Below, piece by piece: positions 1 through 9,992 of a DNA stretch of 64,000 nt (position 1 is its first letter; every line of letters begins with the position of its first letter). The stretch comes from an uncultured Candidatus Saccharibacteria bacterium (GTDB lineage: Bacteria; Patescibacteriota; Minisyncoccia; Portnoybacterales; UBA2143): NCBI GenBank assembly GCA_964548405.1, contig CAZJPW010000002.1, positions 17 through 64,016 of the forward strand, written 5' to 3'. A program made the translations under genes and the position numbers. The notes below the pieces were generated by a model. The model was not told the DNA's origin and searched no databases. It saw nothing but the letters and a program-made list of their open reading frames with translations.

Positions 1-1
1 A

Positions 2-30
2 AGCATAGCATACCCTGATAAATTTGTCAA
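2..30 (-). promoter_or_regulatory. sigma70 promoter for a gene beyond the left window edge
   Basis: Minus strand TTGACA-17nt-TATGCT with extended -10 TG. Confidence 0.6.
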
Positions 31-109
31 GGATTTTTGACCATTCTCATTAAAAAACAAAAAACATCCATTTGGTGCTTTTAATACTTATAAACCATTT
101 TATTTAAAA

Positions 110-1411
110 CTATTCAAAATACTGCTGTTGAAAATTGTTAGCTAGCTTAATTACGTAATTAGTCACTGAATGATAAATCCACTTTTTGTAACGACTGCCG
201 CCTAAATACTTAGCATAAGCGGTTCGTTCCCCTATTTCTGTTCTTTGATCAGCTCCACCTTGAGATAATTTAATAGCCGCAGCCATAAAGGCATCTTTGT
301 GCGACCAAGGGCTAGGCGGATTGTTTCCTGTTAAAGCAGCCACCTGATCTCTGTAAGCCATCCAGGTAGTAGGCATGAATTGAGCTACACCCATGGCTCC
401 GCCACAACCATACCAAGGTTCAGCTGAAACAGGCTGAGTATTAGGATCTAATCCCAATTCTTTAGTAATTTGCAAAAATGCAGCTTTTTCCTTATTAGCC
501 CTAGTAATGTATCCTAAACTGCGATAACACTGATACATGTCTTTTTGATAAGTACCTGTACCAACATTTAATCCTAAGCGAGATTCTGCTTCTAAGACAC
601 CTAAGAGATAGGCTGGTCTAACCCCTGTCTTAGTTGCAGCAAAAATAGCATGTTCAACCGCTTCATTTAAAGTTAAGTTATACCTCTCAAGTAAAGAAAG
701 CTGTTCTTTGATATATGCGATATCACTTTCCGCCCCTTGAATTAATTGTTGGTAACGTTGTTCTTCTCCTTTAGTTTTATCCAATAAATCCTCTTTTTGC
801 CATTGTTTTCCTTCAACACCTCTTTTCTGGACTAGTTGGAAAGACTTTAATCGATTCTGTTCTTCGCGCTCAGATTCTAATTCATCCTTCTGTCCCTGTA
901 ATTCATTCTTAATTACTTGAATAGCCGCTAAAATACTCTGAATCTGTTCTTGAACAGTTTCCAAAGCATTAAGCTCGTCAAAAAAGTCAGAAAACTTATT
1001 ATTCTTTAAAATTACTTCCAAAAGACTTTCTTGATCATACCGGGCCATAGTTCTAAGATATTCTCCTAAAAGATCTTTTTTCTCGTTAACCCTGCTTTCT
1101 AAGTCATAAATCTGTGAATCTATTCCTTGTATATTTAAAGTACTCTTTTGAATCATTAAATCAACCTGGCCTATCTCTGCTCTAATTTGGTTAATTTGAC
1201 CTTCTAAGATATCGATATCATTCTCAAGAGTTTTAGCTTTCTGCTGATTCTGATTAATATTATTCTGATGCTGATTGATTTCCTGTTCTTTCTGTTTAAT
1301 CTGATTTTCTAAATCTTGTTTCAAATCATCAATACTAGCTGCCTGAATAAGAAAAGGCATTGCTAACGCTAGCAGTAAAAAAACGAAAATTGGATTATTT
1401 TTTTTAAACAT
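110..1411 (-). CDS. Secreted coiled-coil (PcsB/CwlO-like) lytic murein transglycosylase, MltB/SLT_2-like C-terminal domain
   Basis: Signal peptide, long Q/E coiled coil, catalytic-Glu motif AESRLG, GAMGVAQFMPTTW, SPW. Confidence 0.85.
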   Translation of the reverse strand: MFKKNNPIFVFLLLALAMPFLIQAASIDDLKQDLENQIKQKEQEINQHQNNINQNQQKAKTLENDIDILEGQINQIRAEIGQVDLMIQKSTLNIQGIDSQIYDLESRVNEKKDLLGEYLRTMARYDQESLLEVILKNNKFSDFFDELNALETVQEQIQSILAAIQVIKNELQGQKDELESEREEQNRLKSFQLVQKRGVEGKQWQKEDLLDKTKGEEQRYQQLIQGAESDIAYIKEQLSLLERYNLTLNEAVEHAIFAATKTGVRPAYLLGVLEAESRLGLNVGTGTYQKDMYQCYRSLGYITRANKEKAAFLQITKELGLDPNTQPVSAEPWYGCGGAMGVAQFMPTTWMAYRDQVAALTGNNPPSPWSHKDAFMAAAIKLSQGGADQRTEIGERTAYAKYLGGSRYKKWIYHSVTNYVIKLANNFQQQYFE

Positions 1412-2121
1412 TATTCCTCCTTAGGCGTTTCCTCTTTAGAACCTTCAGCTGGTTCTACATCTTCAACTTTAACCTCCTCCTCGTCTTTGCCTTTTTCTTC
1501 AACTTCAACGTCTTCTACGCCCTCAACTGGCGCTTCTTCTAATGCTTCTAACTCCTCTTCACTTCGAGGCGGAGTTACTGAAGCAATAACCTCTTCTGAA
1601 TCAACTGTTAATTTAACAGTATCTGGAATTTTAAGATCTTTAATATATATGTTGTCATCAAAAGTTTCCAAAACAGAAATATCAACTTCAATTTCATGAA
1701 TCAAATCCTGAGGCAAAGCTTCAATTTCAACTGATTGAATACTCTTAACCAAAACACCGCCTTCGGTCTTAACAGCCTCAGATTCCCCAACAAAAACCAA
1801 AGGTACTTCCACCTTAATAGCTTTATCCATTTTAATCTGTTTGAAATCAACATGAACAAAACGATCAGTCACTGGATCTCTGGTTAAATCATGGATTAAA
1901 ACCACTCTTTCTTTTTCAGTTTCTCCATCTTTAATCTTTAATTTAATCAAAGTGCTTTCTCCAGCTTCCTTATATGCCTTTTCAAAAATATTATAATCAA
2001 CTGATAAATTTAAATTCTTAACACCCTGGCCATATAAAACAGCCGGAATAAAACCTTTTTCCCGGACTTTGCTTGCTTGACGGCCCAATTCAGACCGTAT
2101 TTTAACTAACAACTCTAACAT
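1411..2121 (-). CDS. rplY: 50S ribosomal protein L25/CTC
   Basis: IPAVLYG, HVDF, VPLVFVGES motifs; acidic tail. Confidence 0.97.
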   Translation of the reverse strand: MLELLVKIRSELGRQASKVREKGFIPAVLYGQGVKNLNLSVDYNIFEKAYKEAGESTLIKLKIKDGETEKERVVLIHDLTRDPVTDRFVHVDFKQIKMDKAIKVEVPLVFVGESEAVKTEGGVLVKSIQSVEIEALPQDLIHEIEVDISVLETFDDNIYIKDLKIPDTVKLTVDSEEVIASVTPPRSEEELEALEEAPVEGVEDVEVEEKGKDEEEVKVEDVEPAEGSKEETPKEE

Positions 2122-2127
2122 AGACTT

Positions 2128-2156
2128 ATCTTAACTAAAAAAGACCCCAAGGTCAA
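2128..2156 (-). promoter_or_regulatory. Leaderless-type sigma70 promoter of rplY
   Basis: TTGACC-17nt-TAAGAT, then 6 nt to ATG. Confidence 0.7.
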
Positions 2157-2162
2157 GAAAAT

Positions 2163-2193
2163 AGAGAGGCCGCATGCAAGCATGCGGCTTTCC
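2163..2193 (-). terminator. Intrinsic terminator after orphan ORF
   Basis: GCCGCATG-CTTG-CATGCGGC stem-loop followed by pyrimidine/T run. Confidence 0.65.
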
Positions 2194-2214
2194 CTCCAAC
2201 ATTTTATTTCAGGC

Positions 2215-2517
2215 CTATCCCAAGTTTGTCATTTCCTTCCGGAAATTGGCTACGGCGCGCCTCAGCTCGGGTCCAACCCAGCCGCCTACCTCGAGCTTAG
2301 GATTATACCCCGCATTCTTAAAGATCATAATCATCAGATCAACCCCATCACGATTTTTTCCATTGGGGGTCCCAAGAAGATTATCTAACCCTCTTTCACC
2401 CTCCCCGCCAAAAATATCGTCAGCATTAATAGCTGGGTTGAATCCACCGGCCTTAAGAGCTAATAGAACTAAATTAGCCTTTTCCACAGATGTCAGATTT
2501 GCTTTCAGACTGGCCAT
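2215..2517 (-). CDS. Hypothetical protein (~100 aa)
   Basis: Strong SD AGGAGGTG just before ATG at 2517; downstream hairpin; no family recognised. Confidence 0.6.
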   Translation of the reverse strand: MASLKANLTSVEKANLVLLALKAGGFNPAINADDIFGGEGERGLDNLLGTPNGKNRDGVDLMIMIFKNAGYNPKLEVGGWVGPELRRAVANFRKEMTNLG

Positions 2518-2594
2518 ATTCACCTCCTGTAAAGAACGTTGAGTGTTATAGGTTTAAACCACATTTAAACTTAATAAAAATACTACTCCTTTAT

Positions 2595-2795
2595 TCATTT
2601 TTCGTCAACCTTAATAGCCTCAACAGCACAGATATCAACTGCTTCTTTAGCGCATTGATCATCAGTTTCTCCTTGATCAGTCCCAGTATCTTTAACAATT
2701 GCCTTATTCTCGTCATTCAAATCAAAAAGGTCCGGGCAGATAGCCGAACAACTTCCACAACCAATACAATCTTCTTGATTAATCTTTATTTTCAT
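2595..2795 (-). CDS. Single-cluster ferredoxin
   Basis: CIGCGSCSAICP plus distal Cys; start re-set to MKIKINQ. Confidence 0.9.
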   Translation of the reverse strand: MKIKINQEDCIGCGSCSAICPDLFDLNDENKAIVKDTGTDQGETDDQCAKEAVDICAVEAIKVDEK

Positions 2796-3636
2796 AACCA
2801 AACAGCTTAATTTTCTCCTCGACAACCTTTTGGACCGCTTCCACTACCGGTGGCATTATCTTATAGGGAGTAACCTTTTTAGGATCATCTTCCAATGATT
2901 TCTTTAAGGCACCTGTGTAGGCTACCCTCAAACTAGTATTAACATTGATTTTAACAATACCCAATTCAATAGCTTTCTCAATATCTTCTTGAGGTGTACC
3001 AGAACTGCCATGAAGCACTAAATTAACATTATCACCCACTGTTTTACTAATTTCTTCCAGTCTATCCAGAAACAAATGAGGATTCTGACCTGATTTAGAA
3101 ATACCATGAATATTACCAATAGCAATAGCTAAACTATCTAGGCCGGTTTGTTCAATAAACTCCTTGGCCTGATTGGCATCAGTTAAATCTTCAGATTTAA
3201 TTTCTATTGCTTCATGAATAGTTGAACCGCCTCTTAAATATCCTAATTCCCCCTCAACATTACTAATTCCTTTTTCTTTGGCTAATTCCACTACCTGCCT
3301 AGTAACTTTAACATTCTCTTCAAAGTCTAGAGCAGAACCGTCAAAATGGACTGAATCATATCCCGCCTCAATCGCTTGTTCAATGATTTCTAAAGATTTA
3401 CCATGATCCATATGTAAAATCAAATCTAAACCCGTCTCTTCCTTATACACATCAATTAACGATCTTAATTGTTTTTTACCGATAAAATCGCTTTCACCCT
3501 GAGAAGTAGAAATTAGAACTGGGCTTTTTAAATTCTGGGCTGCTAAAACTATAGCTTTAAGCTGTTCTAAATTAGAAACATTAAAAGCTCCTATGGCATA
3601 CTTATTCTCTTTTGCTTTTTTAAAAATGTCTAACAT
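2779..3636 (-). CDS. fba: Class II fructose-bisphosphate aldolase
   Basis: AIGAFN, LHMDHG, EGELG, IGNIHG, LVLHG, KINVNT. Confidence 0.95.
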   Translation of the reverse strand: MLDIFKKAKENKYAIGAFNVSNLEQLKAIVLAAQNLKSPVLISTSQGESDFIGKKQLRSLIDVYKEETGLDLILHMDHGKSLEIIEQAIEAGYDSVHFDGSALDFEENVKVTRQVVELAKEKGISNVEGELGYLRGGSTIHEAIEIKSEDLTDANQAKEFIEQTGLDSLAIAIGNIHGISKSGQNPHLFLDRLEEISKTVGDNVNLVLHGSSGTPQEDIEKAIELGIVKINVNTSLRVAYTGALKKSLEDDPKKVTPYKIMPPVVEAVQKVVEEKIKLFGYENKD

Positions 3637-3637
3637 G

Positions 3638-4888
3638 TTATAAAGTTACGTATCCCTTGTCTAAATTCTCCATCATTACCTTATCTAACACATCTTCTCC
3701 CATATATTCACTAAATACCTTATTCCATAAAGCCTCTTGTTGATGATAGAGATATTTTGATTCAAACCCGATTTGCTGCAATAAGGAAATCCCATTATCA
3801 AATAAATCAAAGCTGATTAAAGTTTCTGAACCATCAGATGAGAAATACTCACCAGTTACATCCATACCTCCCCAGAAATCCAAACTTAATTCAGGAAAAC
3901 GCTTGGCTAACTTTTGAATCGCCTTAGCTCCTCTAGTATAATGCCAAGCTTCTGGATTTATGTGCGCTTCGGCTAATCTCGGATCTTTTTTATCTTTCTT
4001 AGCTAAATATGAAGGAATTATCCTCCAACTCATTTTATCATGATTAGGTAAAGACATACCACTAGCTTCAACTTTCAAAGCTTCAATCATTTTCTTAGCA
4101 AAACCCTTATCCTGACTATATGTTTTAAAAAGACGCGAATGCCAATCAACTTCATAGACATAGTGAAGAGTCATAAAAAAAAGATAGACGATTTCTCCCG
4201 GAAACTGTTCAGCTATAGGGATAATAAAGACCAGACCTAATTCTTTTAAATGACTCATGTGATGGAGTTTCTTGCCTAAAAACTTTTGACCAATGCCCAT
4301 CCACTTTTCCGGCAAAACCATTACTTTAATCTTTCTTTTTTCAAAATCATCAGTTTTCAAATCTCTATAAGGCTTAAAAAATACATCATTCATCCATCTA
4401 TTGTCTTCAATAAATCTTAAAGCAGCGAATAACTCAAAGATATCTTCTTTTTCTAACATTTTTTCCAAATCATTACCATAGCCCAAACTGGCCATAATCC
4501 GCTTAGGTGGATTTAAACGGAATAACTCTCTAGCTTTTTCCTCTTTAAGATAAAATCCTTCCAAATCACCAGCTAATTCTTTAGTTGCATTAATCAAGCT
4601 GCGACAGCCGGCGGCCGTTGAAAGATCTGGCTTGTAAAACTTTTTTAAAAGTGCTTCGTCTGTTTCTTTAGTCTTGTTAATTAAGCCTTTAAACACTTCT
4701 TCAGCAGTTGAATCCGCTTTTAAGCCCATTTCTTTTAACTTCTCTCCAACTCTTTTATGATTCTCTTGAACTATCTTATCAATTACTCCTTTCTGACCGC
4801 TAATTTTTTCCATTTTCTTTTCCAATTCAGCCACAACCTCTGGAGTACTCCTTAGTAATTTGGCTAATTTTTTAATCTGATCTCTCAT
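3638..4888 (-). CDS. Hypothetical protein, His/Glu-rich motifs, inside the sugar-phosphate gene run
   Basis: 416-aa ORF overlapping pfkB (ATGA) and 1 nt from fba. Confidence 0.8.
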   Translation of the reverse strand: MRDQIKKLAKLLRSTPEVVAELEKKMEKISGQKGVIDKIVQENHKRVGEKLKEMGLKADSTAEEVFKGLINKTKETDEALLKKFYKPDLSTAAGCRSLINATKELAGDLEGFYLKEEKARELFRLNPPKRIMASLGYGNDLEKMLEKEDIFELFAALRFIEDNRWMNDVFFKPYRDLKTDDFEKRKIKVMVLPEKWMGIGQKFLGKKLHHMSHLKELGLVFIIPIAEQFPGEIVYLFFMTLHYVYEVDWHSRLFKTYSQDKGFAKKMIEALKVEASGMSLPNHDKMSWRIIPSYLAKKDKKDPRLAEAHINPEAWHYTRGAKAIQKLAKRFPELSLDFWGGMDVTGEYFSSDGSETLISFDLFDNGISLLQQIGFESKYLYHQQEALWNKVFSEYMGEDVLDKVMMENLDKGYVTL

Positions 4889-5874
4889 ATCTTCTCTTTC
4901 TTAACCTCCACTTTCTGCCAAGGACCCCATTGGCCCTTTTTCAATAAACCATTGGCGGCCCCCATTTTCTGCAAAACAGAAGTTGCATTAGCGGTAGCTA
5001 ATTGAATCGCATGGACAATATCTTCTTTTTCCATATATCCAGCCAAAAAAGCAGAAGTAAAGGCATCACCTGACCCTGTCCGATCAACCAAGTCTGATTC
5101 AGGAATACCAGCTGAATAACGATACTTTTTATCAGAAACAATTACTCCTTTAGGGCCTTTGGTTATAACAACAATACCATTGACCCACTCTTCAAGTTTT
5201 TTAAGCATTTCATCCTGATGTTCAAAATCTACCTGAGTTAATCTAGCTGCTTCTTCCTGATTAACAATTAAAATATTAATTTTATCCAATAAATTACGAG
5301 TTCTTTCTAATCCTTCACCTAACTGGCTCTGACCGACTGGACTAGCTAATATCTTAATCTTATTCTCAACTGCAAAATCAACTAATTTATCTAAAACCTT
5401 ATAGGCCTGGCCTGATAAAGAACCAGCGTAAATCCACTTGGCATCAATCTTACCAAAAGGAATGTCTTGATCAGTCATCTGATGACAAGCGCCTAATTTT
5501 TTTAAAATACTCCGACCAATTTCAGGTATCGAAAGAATCACTGAAAAGGCAGTTGGATAATTGTCCGTTTCTATTAATAGGTCAGGAGAAACTCCTTGAG
5601 CAGATAATTCATCTCTAACTGTTTTTCCAAACAAATCCTTACCGATTAAGCCAAGATAAGCAACTTTTAATTCCTGACGGGCAAAAGTTACAGCTGCATT
5701 AGTCCCACAACCACCCATCGCAAAATATGTATCCTTGATCTTCATTTTAGACCCTAAAGGAATACCCAAACCTTTCTTGGTAATAAACCGGTCGCTTTCA
5801 ATCACTTGAAAATCAGGACTACTCATAAAAATATCCTGAGTGGCTGAACCTAATGTAATTACATCATACTTCAT
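4885..5874 (-). CDS. PfkB/ribokinase-family carbohydrate kinase
   Basis: GGCGTNAA, VITKGPKG, DRTGSGDAF. Confidence 0.93.
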   Translation of the reverse strand: MKYDVITLGSATQDIFMSSPDFQVIESDRFITKKGLGIPLGSKMKIKDTYFAMGGCGTNAAVTFARQELKVAYLGLIGKDLFGKTVRDELSAQGVSPDLLIETDNYPTAFSVILSIPEIGRSILKKLGACHQMTDQDIPFGKIDAKWIYAGSLSGQAYKVLDKLVDFAVENKIKILASPVGQSQLGEGLERTRNLLDKINILIVNQEEAARLTQVDFEHQDEMLKKLEEWVNGIVVITKGPKGVIVSDKKYRYSAGIPESDLVDRTGSGDAFTSAFLAGYMEKEDIVHAIQLATANATSVLQKMGAANGLLKKGQWGPWQKVEVKKEKI

Positions 5875-5875
5875 A

Positions 5876-6847
5876 CTATTTTCTTCTAATTACTCTTTTA
5901 ACTGCTTTTTTAATATCTTCAGAAGTTAAACCAAACTTTTTCATTAACTCATCTTGTTGGCCTGACTCGCCAAACCTATCCTGGACCGCCACCATTTCCA
6001 TAGGCACGGGGCAGTTTTTACCTAAAACTTCAGCTACGGCGCTTCCTAAGCCACCCATCATCTGATGGTCTTCACCCGTAACAATCGCCCCAGTCTGCTC
6101 AGCTGCTTCAATAATCTTTTCTTGATCAATTGGTTTAATACTAGGATTATTAATTACTCGAACATCAATTCCTTCCTCAGATAACTCTTCAGCCGCTAAT
6201 AGGGCTTCATAAACGATTGGGCCACAGGCAATTACAGAAACATCCTTGCCTTTACGGAAAACCTGGGCTTCCCCTATTTTAAAAGGCGTTTCATTTGTTG
6301 TAAATACCGGTGTCGCCTCCCGGGCAAAACGAAGATAAACCGGGCCTTCCATTCGGCCGGCTGCAATAGTCGCCTTCTGCGTTTCAACACTATCACAAGG
6401 CGCTAAAACAGTCATATTAGGCAAACAACGAGTAATAGCGATATCTTCTAACCCTTGATGAGTTGCTCCATCTGGTCCAACTGAGATTCCAGCATGAGCG
6501 CCAGTAAACTTAACATTAGCCTTGTTATATGCCACAGAAATCCTAATTTGATCCCAGTTGCGTCCCGGACAAAATACAGAATAAGTTGAGGCAAAAGGAA
6601 TTTTACCAACTAAAGACAAACCAACCGCAATACCCATCATATTTTGTTCAGCAATACCAATTTGAATGAATCTTTCTGGAAATTCATCCTTAAACCAATT
6701 ACATCTGGTTGAACCAGTCAAATCTGCCCCTAAAACAACGATATTTTCATTTTTCTTACCTAACTCAACCAAACCATGACCATAACCGTCCCGGGTTGGC
6801 TTTTGTTCTAATTTATCTCTTTGGTATAGGTTTTTTACTAAATTCAT
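5876..6847 (-). CDS. tkt: Transketolase, C-terminal subunit
   Basis: GIAEQNM, DGATHQ, FGESG. Confidence 0.95.
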   Translation of the reverse strand: MNLVKNLYQRDKLEQKPTRDGYGHGLVELGKKNENIVVLGADLTGSTRCNWFKDEFPERFIQIGIAEQNMMGIAVGLSLVGKIPFASTYSVFCPGRNWDQIRISVAYNKANVKFTGAHAGISVGPDGATHQGLEDIAITRCLPNMTVLAPCDSVETQKATIAAGRMEGPVYLRFAREATPVFTTNETPFKIGEAQVFRKGKDVSVIACGPIVYEALLAAEELSEEGIDVRVINNPSIKPIDQEKIIEAAEQTGAIVTGEDHQMMGGLGSAVAEVLGKNCPVPMEMVAVQDRFGESGQQDELMKKFGLTSEDIKKAVKRVIRRK

Positions 6848-6848
6848 A

Positions 6849-7697
6849 TTATTCACTTTCGCTTTTAATTTTTCCTCCTAGAGTCCTTAAACAATCAAGC
6901 GCTTTCTTGGCTTCTTGATCGCAAGGCGCCTTGCCATGCCAAGAATACTTCCATTCCATAAAATCAACCCCTTTGCCAGGAATAGTATGAGCAATAATCA
7001 AGCTCGGCTTTTCAAAAATAGTCTTTGACTTATTACAAGCATCAATAATTTCTTTAATATTATGTCCATCCACATCCAGCACATGCCAGCCAAAAGCTTC
7101 ATATTTCTCCCTGATTGGCTCTAAAGGCATAACATCTTCAGTATATCCATCAATCTGAATATTATTCCTATCCATAATCTGAGTAATATTAAACAACTTA
7201 TTCTTGCCAGCAAACATGGCTGCTTCCCACATTTGACCCTCATCATGCTCTCCATCAGAAGTCAAAGCCCAGACCCAGTTCTTTTTTTGATCCATTTGTT
7301 GAAAAGAATAGGCCATGCCACAAGCAATGGATAACCCTTGCCCCAAGGAACCGCCTGAAGTTTCAATTCCAGGCAAATCAAGACGATTAGGATGACCTTG
7401 TAAACGAGTACCTAATTTTCTTAAAGTTTTCAATTCTTTAATTGGAAAATATCCGGCATGAGCCATAGTTGCATACCAAACTGGACAAATATGAGCATTG
7501 GAAAGAATAATTCTATCTCTTTCTTCCCAATCCAGTTTCTTAGCGTTGTACTTAACCACATCACCAAAATACAAAGCGGTAAAAACATCAACCATACCCA
7601 AAGACCCAGCTGAATGGCCTGATTTAGCTTCAGTCAGCATTTCAATAATATCTTCCCTAATAGCATTAGCTTTTTTATCTAGTTCTTTTATATCCAT
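6849..7697 (-). CDS. tkt: Transketolase, N-terminal subunit
   Basis: SGH, LQGHP, GSLGQGLS, SDGE...EG TPP motif, WHG. Confidence 0.95.
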   Translation of the reverse strand: MDIKELDKKANAIREDIIEMLTEAKSGHSAGSLGMVDVFTALYFGDVVKYNAKKLDWEERDRIILSNAHICPVWYATMAHAGYFPIKELKTLRKLGTRLQGHPNRLDLPGIETSGGSLGQGLSIACGMAYSFQQMDQKKNWVWALTSDGEHDEGQMWEAAMFAGKNKLFNITQIMDRNNIQIDGYTEDVMPLEPIREKYEAFGWHVLDVDGHNIKEIIDACNKSKTIFEKPSLIIAHTIPGKGVDFMEWKYSWHGKAPCDQEAKKALDCLRTLGGKIKSESE

Positions 7698-7701
7698 AAT
7701 C

Positions 7702-8331
7702 TTATCTTAATTTCAATTTATTAATTGTTTCTTCAATATTTTCACTTTTAAAAATAGCTGAACCGCTAACCAAAAGATTAGCTCCAGCTTGGATAACCTC
7801 AGGCCCAGTTTTTAAATTAACTCCACCATCTACTTGTATATTAATATCGCTATAGTTACCTCTTAATTGCTTAACTTTATCCAAAGTTTCTTCTAGTAAT
7901 TCTTGCTGGCCAAAACCCGGTTTAACTGTCATTACCAGAACTAGATCCAAATCCTCAATAAACTGATCTATTACTTCAATAGAGGTTTCTGGATTAATGG
8001 CCATTCCTACTTCCAACCCAGCTTCTTTAATTTTTTCTATTATCTCTTGATGCTTATCTGTAGCTTCGTAATGGAAAATGACTCTTTTAATATTTGAATT
8101 AATCCAATTATCAATTACTTCTTCCGGCTTATTCACCATCAAATGAACTTCTAATTTTAAATTGGTTTCCAAACCTTTTAAATCGTCTGGATTATTCCAT
8201 GTCTTATTATCTACAAAAACCCCATCCATTACATCCAACTGAACCCAATCAACATAGGATTCAATCTTTTTAATCTTTTCTTTTATTTCCTCAAAATCTT
8301 TAACAAGAATAGTAGGAATAACTTGAATCAT
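7702..8331 (-). CDS. rpe: Ribulose-phosphate 3-epimerase
   Basis: DVMDGVFV, HLMV, VMTVKPGFGQQ, VDGGV, SGSAIF. Confidence 0.95.
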   Translation of the reverse strand: MIQVIPTILVKDFEEIKEKIKKIESYVDWVQLDVMDGVFVDNKTWNNPDDLKGLETNLKLEVHLMVNKPEEVIDNWINSNIKRVIFHYEATDKHQEIIEKIKEAGLEVGMAINPETSIEVIDQFIEDLDLVLVMTVKPGFGQQELLEETLDKVKQLRGNYSDINIQVDGGVNLKTGPEVIQAGANLLVSGSAIFKSENIEETINKLKLR

Positions 8332-8765
8332 TTTTCCATCTCCTCTATTTTACCCAATCTGCGCACATGTCTCTCATCACCAGTAAACTCAGTTTCTAAA
8401 AAAACACGAACAATTTTCTTGGCTGTTTCTGTATCTAAAACCTTACCAGCTAAACAAATAATATTAGCATTATTATGCTCCCGAGAAGATAAAGCAGTAA
8501 ATTCATTCCAGGCATTAACCGCTCGTATTCCCTTAACCTTGTTAGCCGCAACACACATACCAGAACCAGTAGCACAAATTAAAATACCCAAGCCGTCTGT
8601 GGCAACCACCTTATTAGCCACTGCCGAAGCATAATCAGGAAAATCATCTATTGGTTCTAAATCATTAGCTCCCATATCCTCATATTTATACCCCAACTCT
8701 TCAAGATATTTCTTGAGCTCTTGTTTAAGATGAAAACCTGCATGATCAGCTCCTAAATAAATCAT
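8328..8765 (-). CDS. rpiB: Ribose-5-phosphate isomerase B
   Basis: GADHAG, LICATGSG, REHNNAN, RHVRR. Confidence 0.95.
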   Translation of the reverse strand: MIYLGADHAGFHLKQELKKYLEELGYKYEDMGANDLEPIDDFPDYASAVANKVVATDGLGILICATGSGMCVAANKVKGIRAVNAWNEFTALSSREHNNANIICLAGKVLDTETAKKIVRVFLETEFTGDERHVRRLGKIEEMEK

Positions 8766-9733
8766 AATTTATCTCCGATAAACTGGGCCATTTCTGCTAG
8801 ACGGCAGGCATAGCCCCATTCATTATCATACCAAGCAACTATTTTAATTAAATCATCACTCTGTTCGGTTAATAGGGAATCAAAAATAGCTGAATAAGGA
8901 GAACCAACAATATCTGAAGAAACAATTGGATTAGTCACATACTTAAGAATATCTTTATATTCTTCTTGGCTGGCTTTTTCCATAATCTGGTTAATCTGAT
9001 CTGGCGAGGGTTTTTTCTTTAAATCATAAACAGCATAAATAACTGAACCAACCCTTACTGGAATTCTCATAGCCATAGCATGTAATTTGCCTTTTAACTC
9101 AGGGATAACTTCTGTGGTTGCCTTATCGGAGCCGCTGGTTGTTGGAATAATATTATCAAGAACTGAACGAGCTCTTCTTAAATCTTTATGAGGTGAATCC
9201 AAAACCTTCTGATTATTAGTGGCCGCATGAGCCGTAACCATAAAACCGCGTTCAACCTCAAAATTATTATGCAAAATCTTGGTTACTGGCACATAACAAT
9301 TAGTGGTACAAGAACCCATTGAAACGATGTTGTCCTTGTTGGGATTGTATTTATCCTCATTGCCACCCAGTACATATGTGGGAATATCTGAACCTTTACA
9401 AGGCGCAGAAACAATCACTTTTTTAGCTCCAGCTGATAAATGTTTTTTAGCTCCAGCTGAATCAGCAAAAAAACCAGTACACTCTAAAACAATATCTATG
9501 CCTAAATCTTTCCAAGGAAGATTAAGAGGATCTTTTTCTGCTAAAATTTGAGCCTTAATCGGCTGCTCATAAATTCCATAAACCGAATCATGTTTTAAAA
9601 GATGAGCTAAAGTTTTAGGATCAGCTAAATCGTTAACAGCCACAACTTCTAAATCCTTATGGCTATCTAAAATTCGTTTAAAAGCCGACCGGCCAATACG
9701 ACCAAAACCATTAATAGCGATTTTAATACTCAT
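8762..9733 (-). CDS. gap: Type I glyceraldehyde-3-phosphate dehydrogenase (somewhat divergent)
   Basis: INGFGRIGR, SCTTNC, WYDNEWGY. Confidence 0.92.
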   Translation of the reverse strand: MSIKIAINGFGRIGRSAFKRILDSHKDLEVVAVNDLADPKTLAHLLKHDSVYGIYEQPIKAQILAEKDPLNLPWKDLGIDIVLECTGFFADSAGAKKHLSAGAKKVIVSAPCKGSDIPTYVLGGNEDKYNPNKDNIVSMGSCTTNCYVPVTKILHNNFEVERGFMVTAHAATNNQKVLDSPHKDLRRARSVLDNIIPTTSGSDKATTEVIPELKGKLHAMAMRIPVRVGSVIYAVYDLKKKPSPDQINQIMEKASQEEYKDILKYVTNPIVSSDIVGSPYSAIFDSLLTEQSDDLIKIVAWYDNEWGYACRLAEMAQFIGDKL

Positions 9734-9737
9734 AAAA

Positions 9738-9992
9738 CTATTCCTTAATATCTAATAATTGATTAATCTTTGGCTTATCAAAGCCAATAATAATCTGACC
9801 ATCTATATCTGTCACGGGCACGCCCATTTGACCTGATTTATCAATCATTTCCTTAGATGCTTCTTGGTTCTCTCCTACGTCAATATCTTCGTATTTAACG
9901 CCTTTTTCGTCCAAATATGCTTTTAAGGTAACGCAATAAGGACAGGTTTTGGTGGAAAAAACGCGAACTTGATGCTTTTTTTCTTGAGTCAT
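9738..9992 (-). CDS. Glutaredoxin/NrdH-redoxin-like protein
   Basis: CPYC, GQMGVPV, IIGFD. Confidence 0.9.
   Translation of the reverse strand: MTQEKKHQVRVFSTKTCPYCVTLKAYLDEKGVKYEDIDVGENQEASKEMIDKSGQMGVPVTDIDGQIIIGFDKPKINQLLDIKE

Noticed and set aside
2174-2542. Plus-strand 122-aa ORF and the other short antisense or nested ORFs in the track
   Set aside because: They overlap well-supported genes on the other strand or frame and lack RBS or motifs
2552-2570. GTTTAAA-N5-TTTAAAC palindrome upstream of an orphan gene
   Set aside because: Short and AT-only; expected by chance at this base composition
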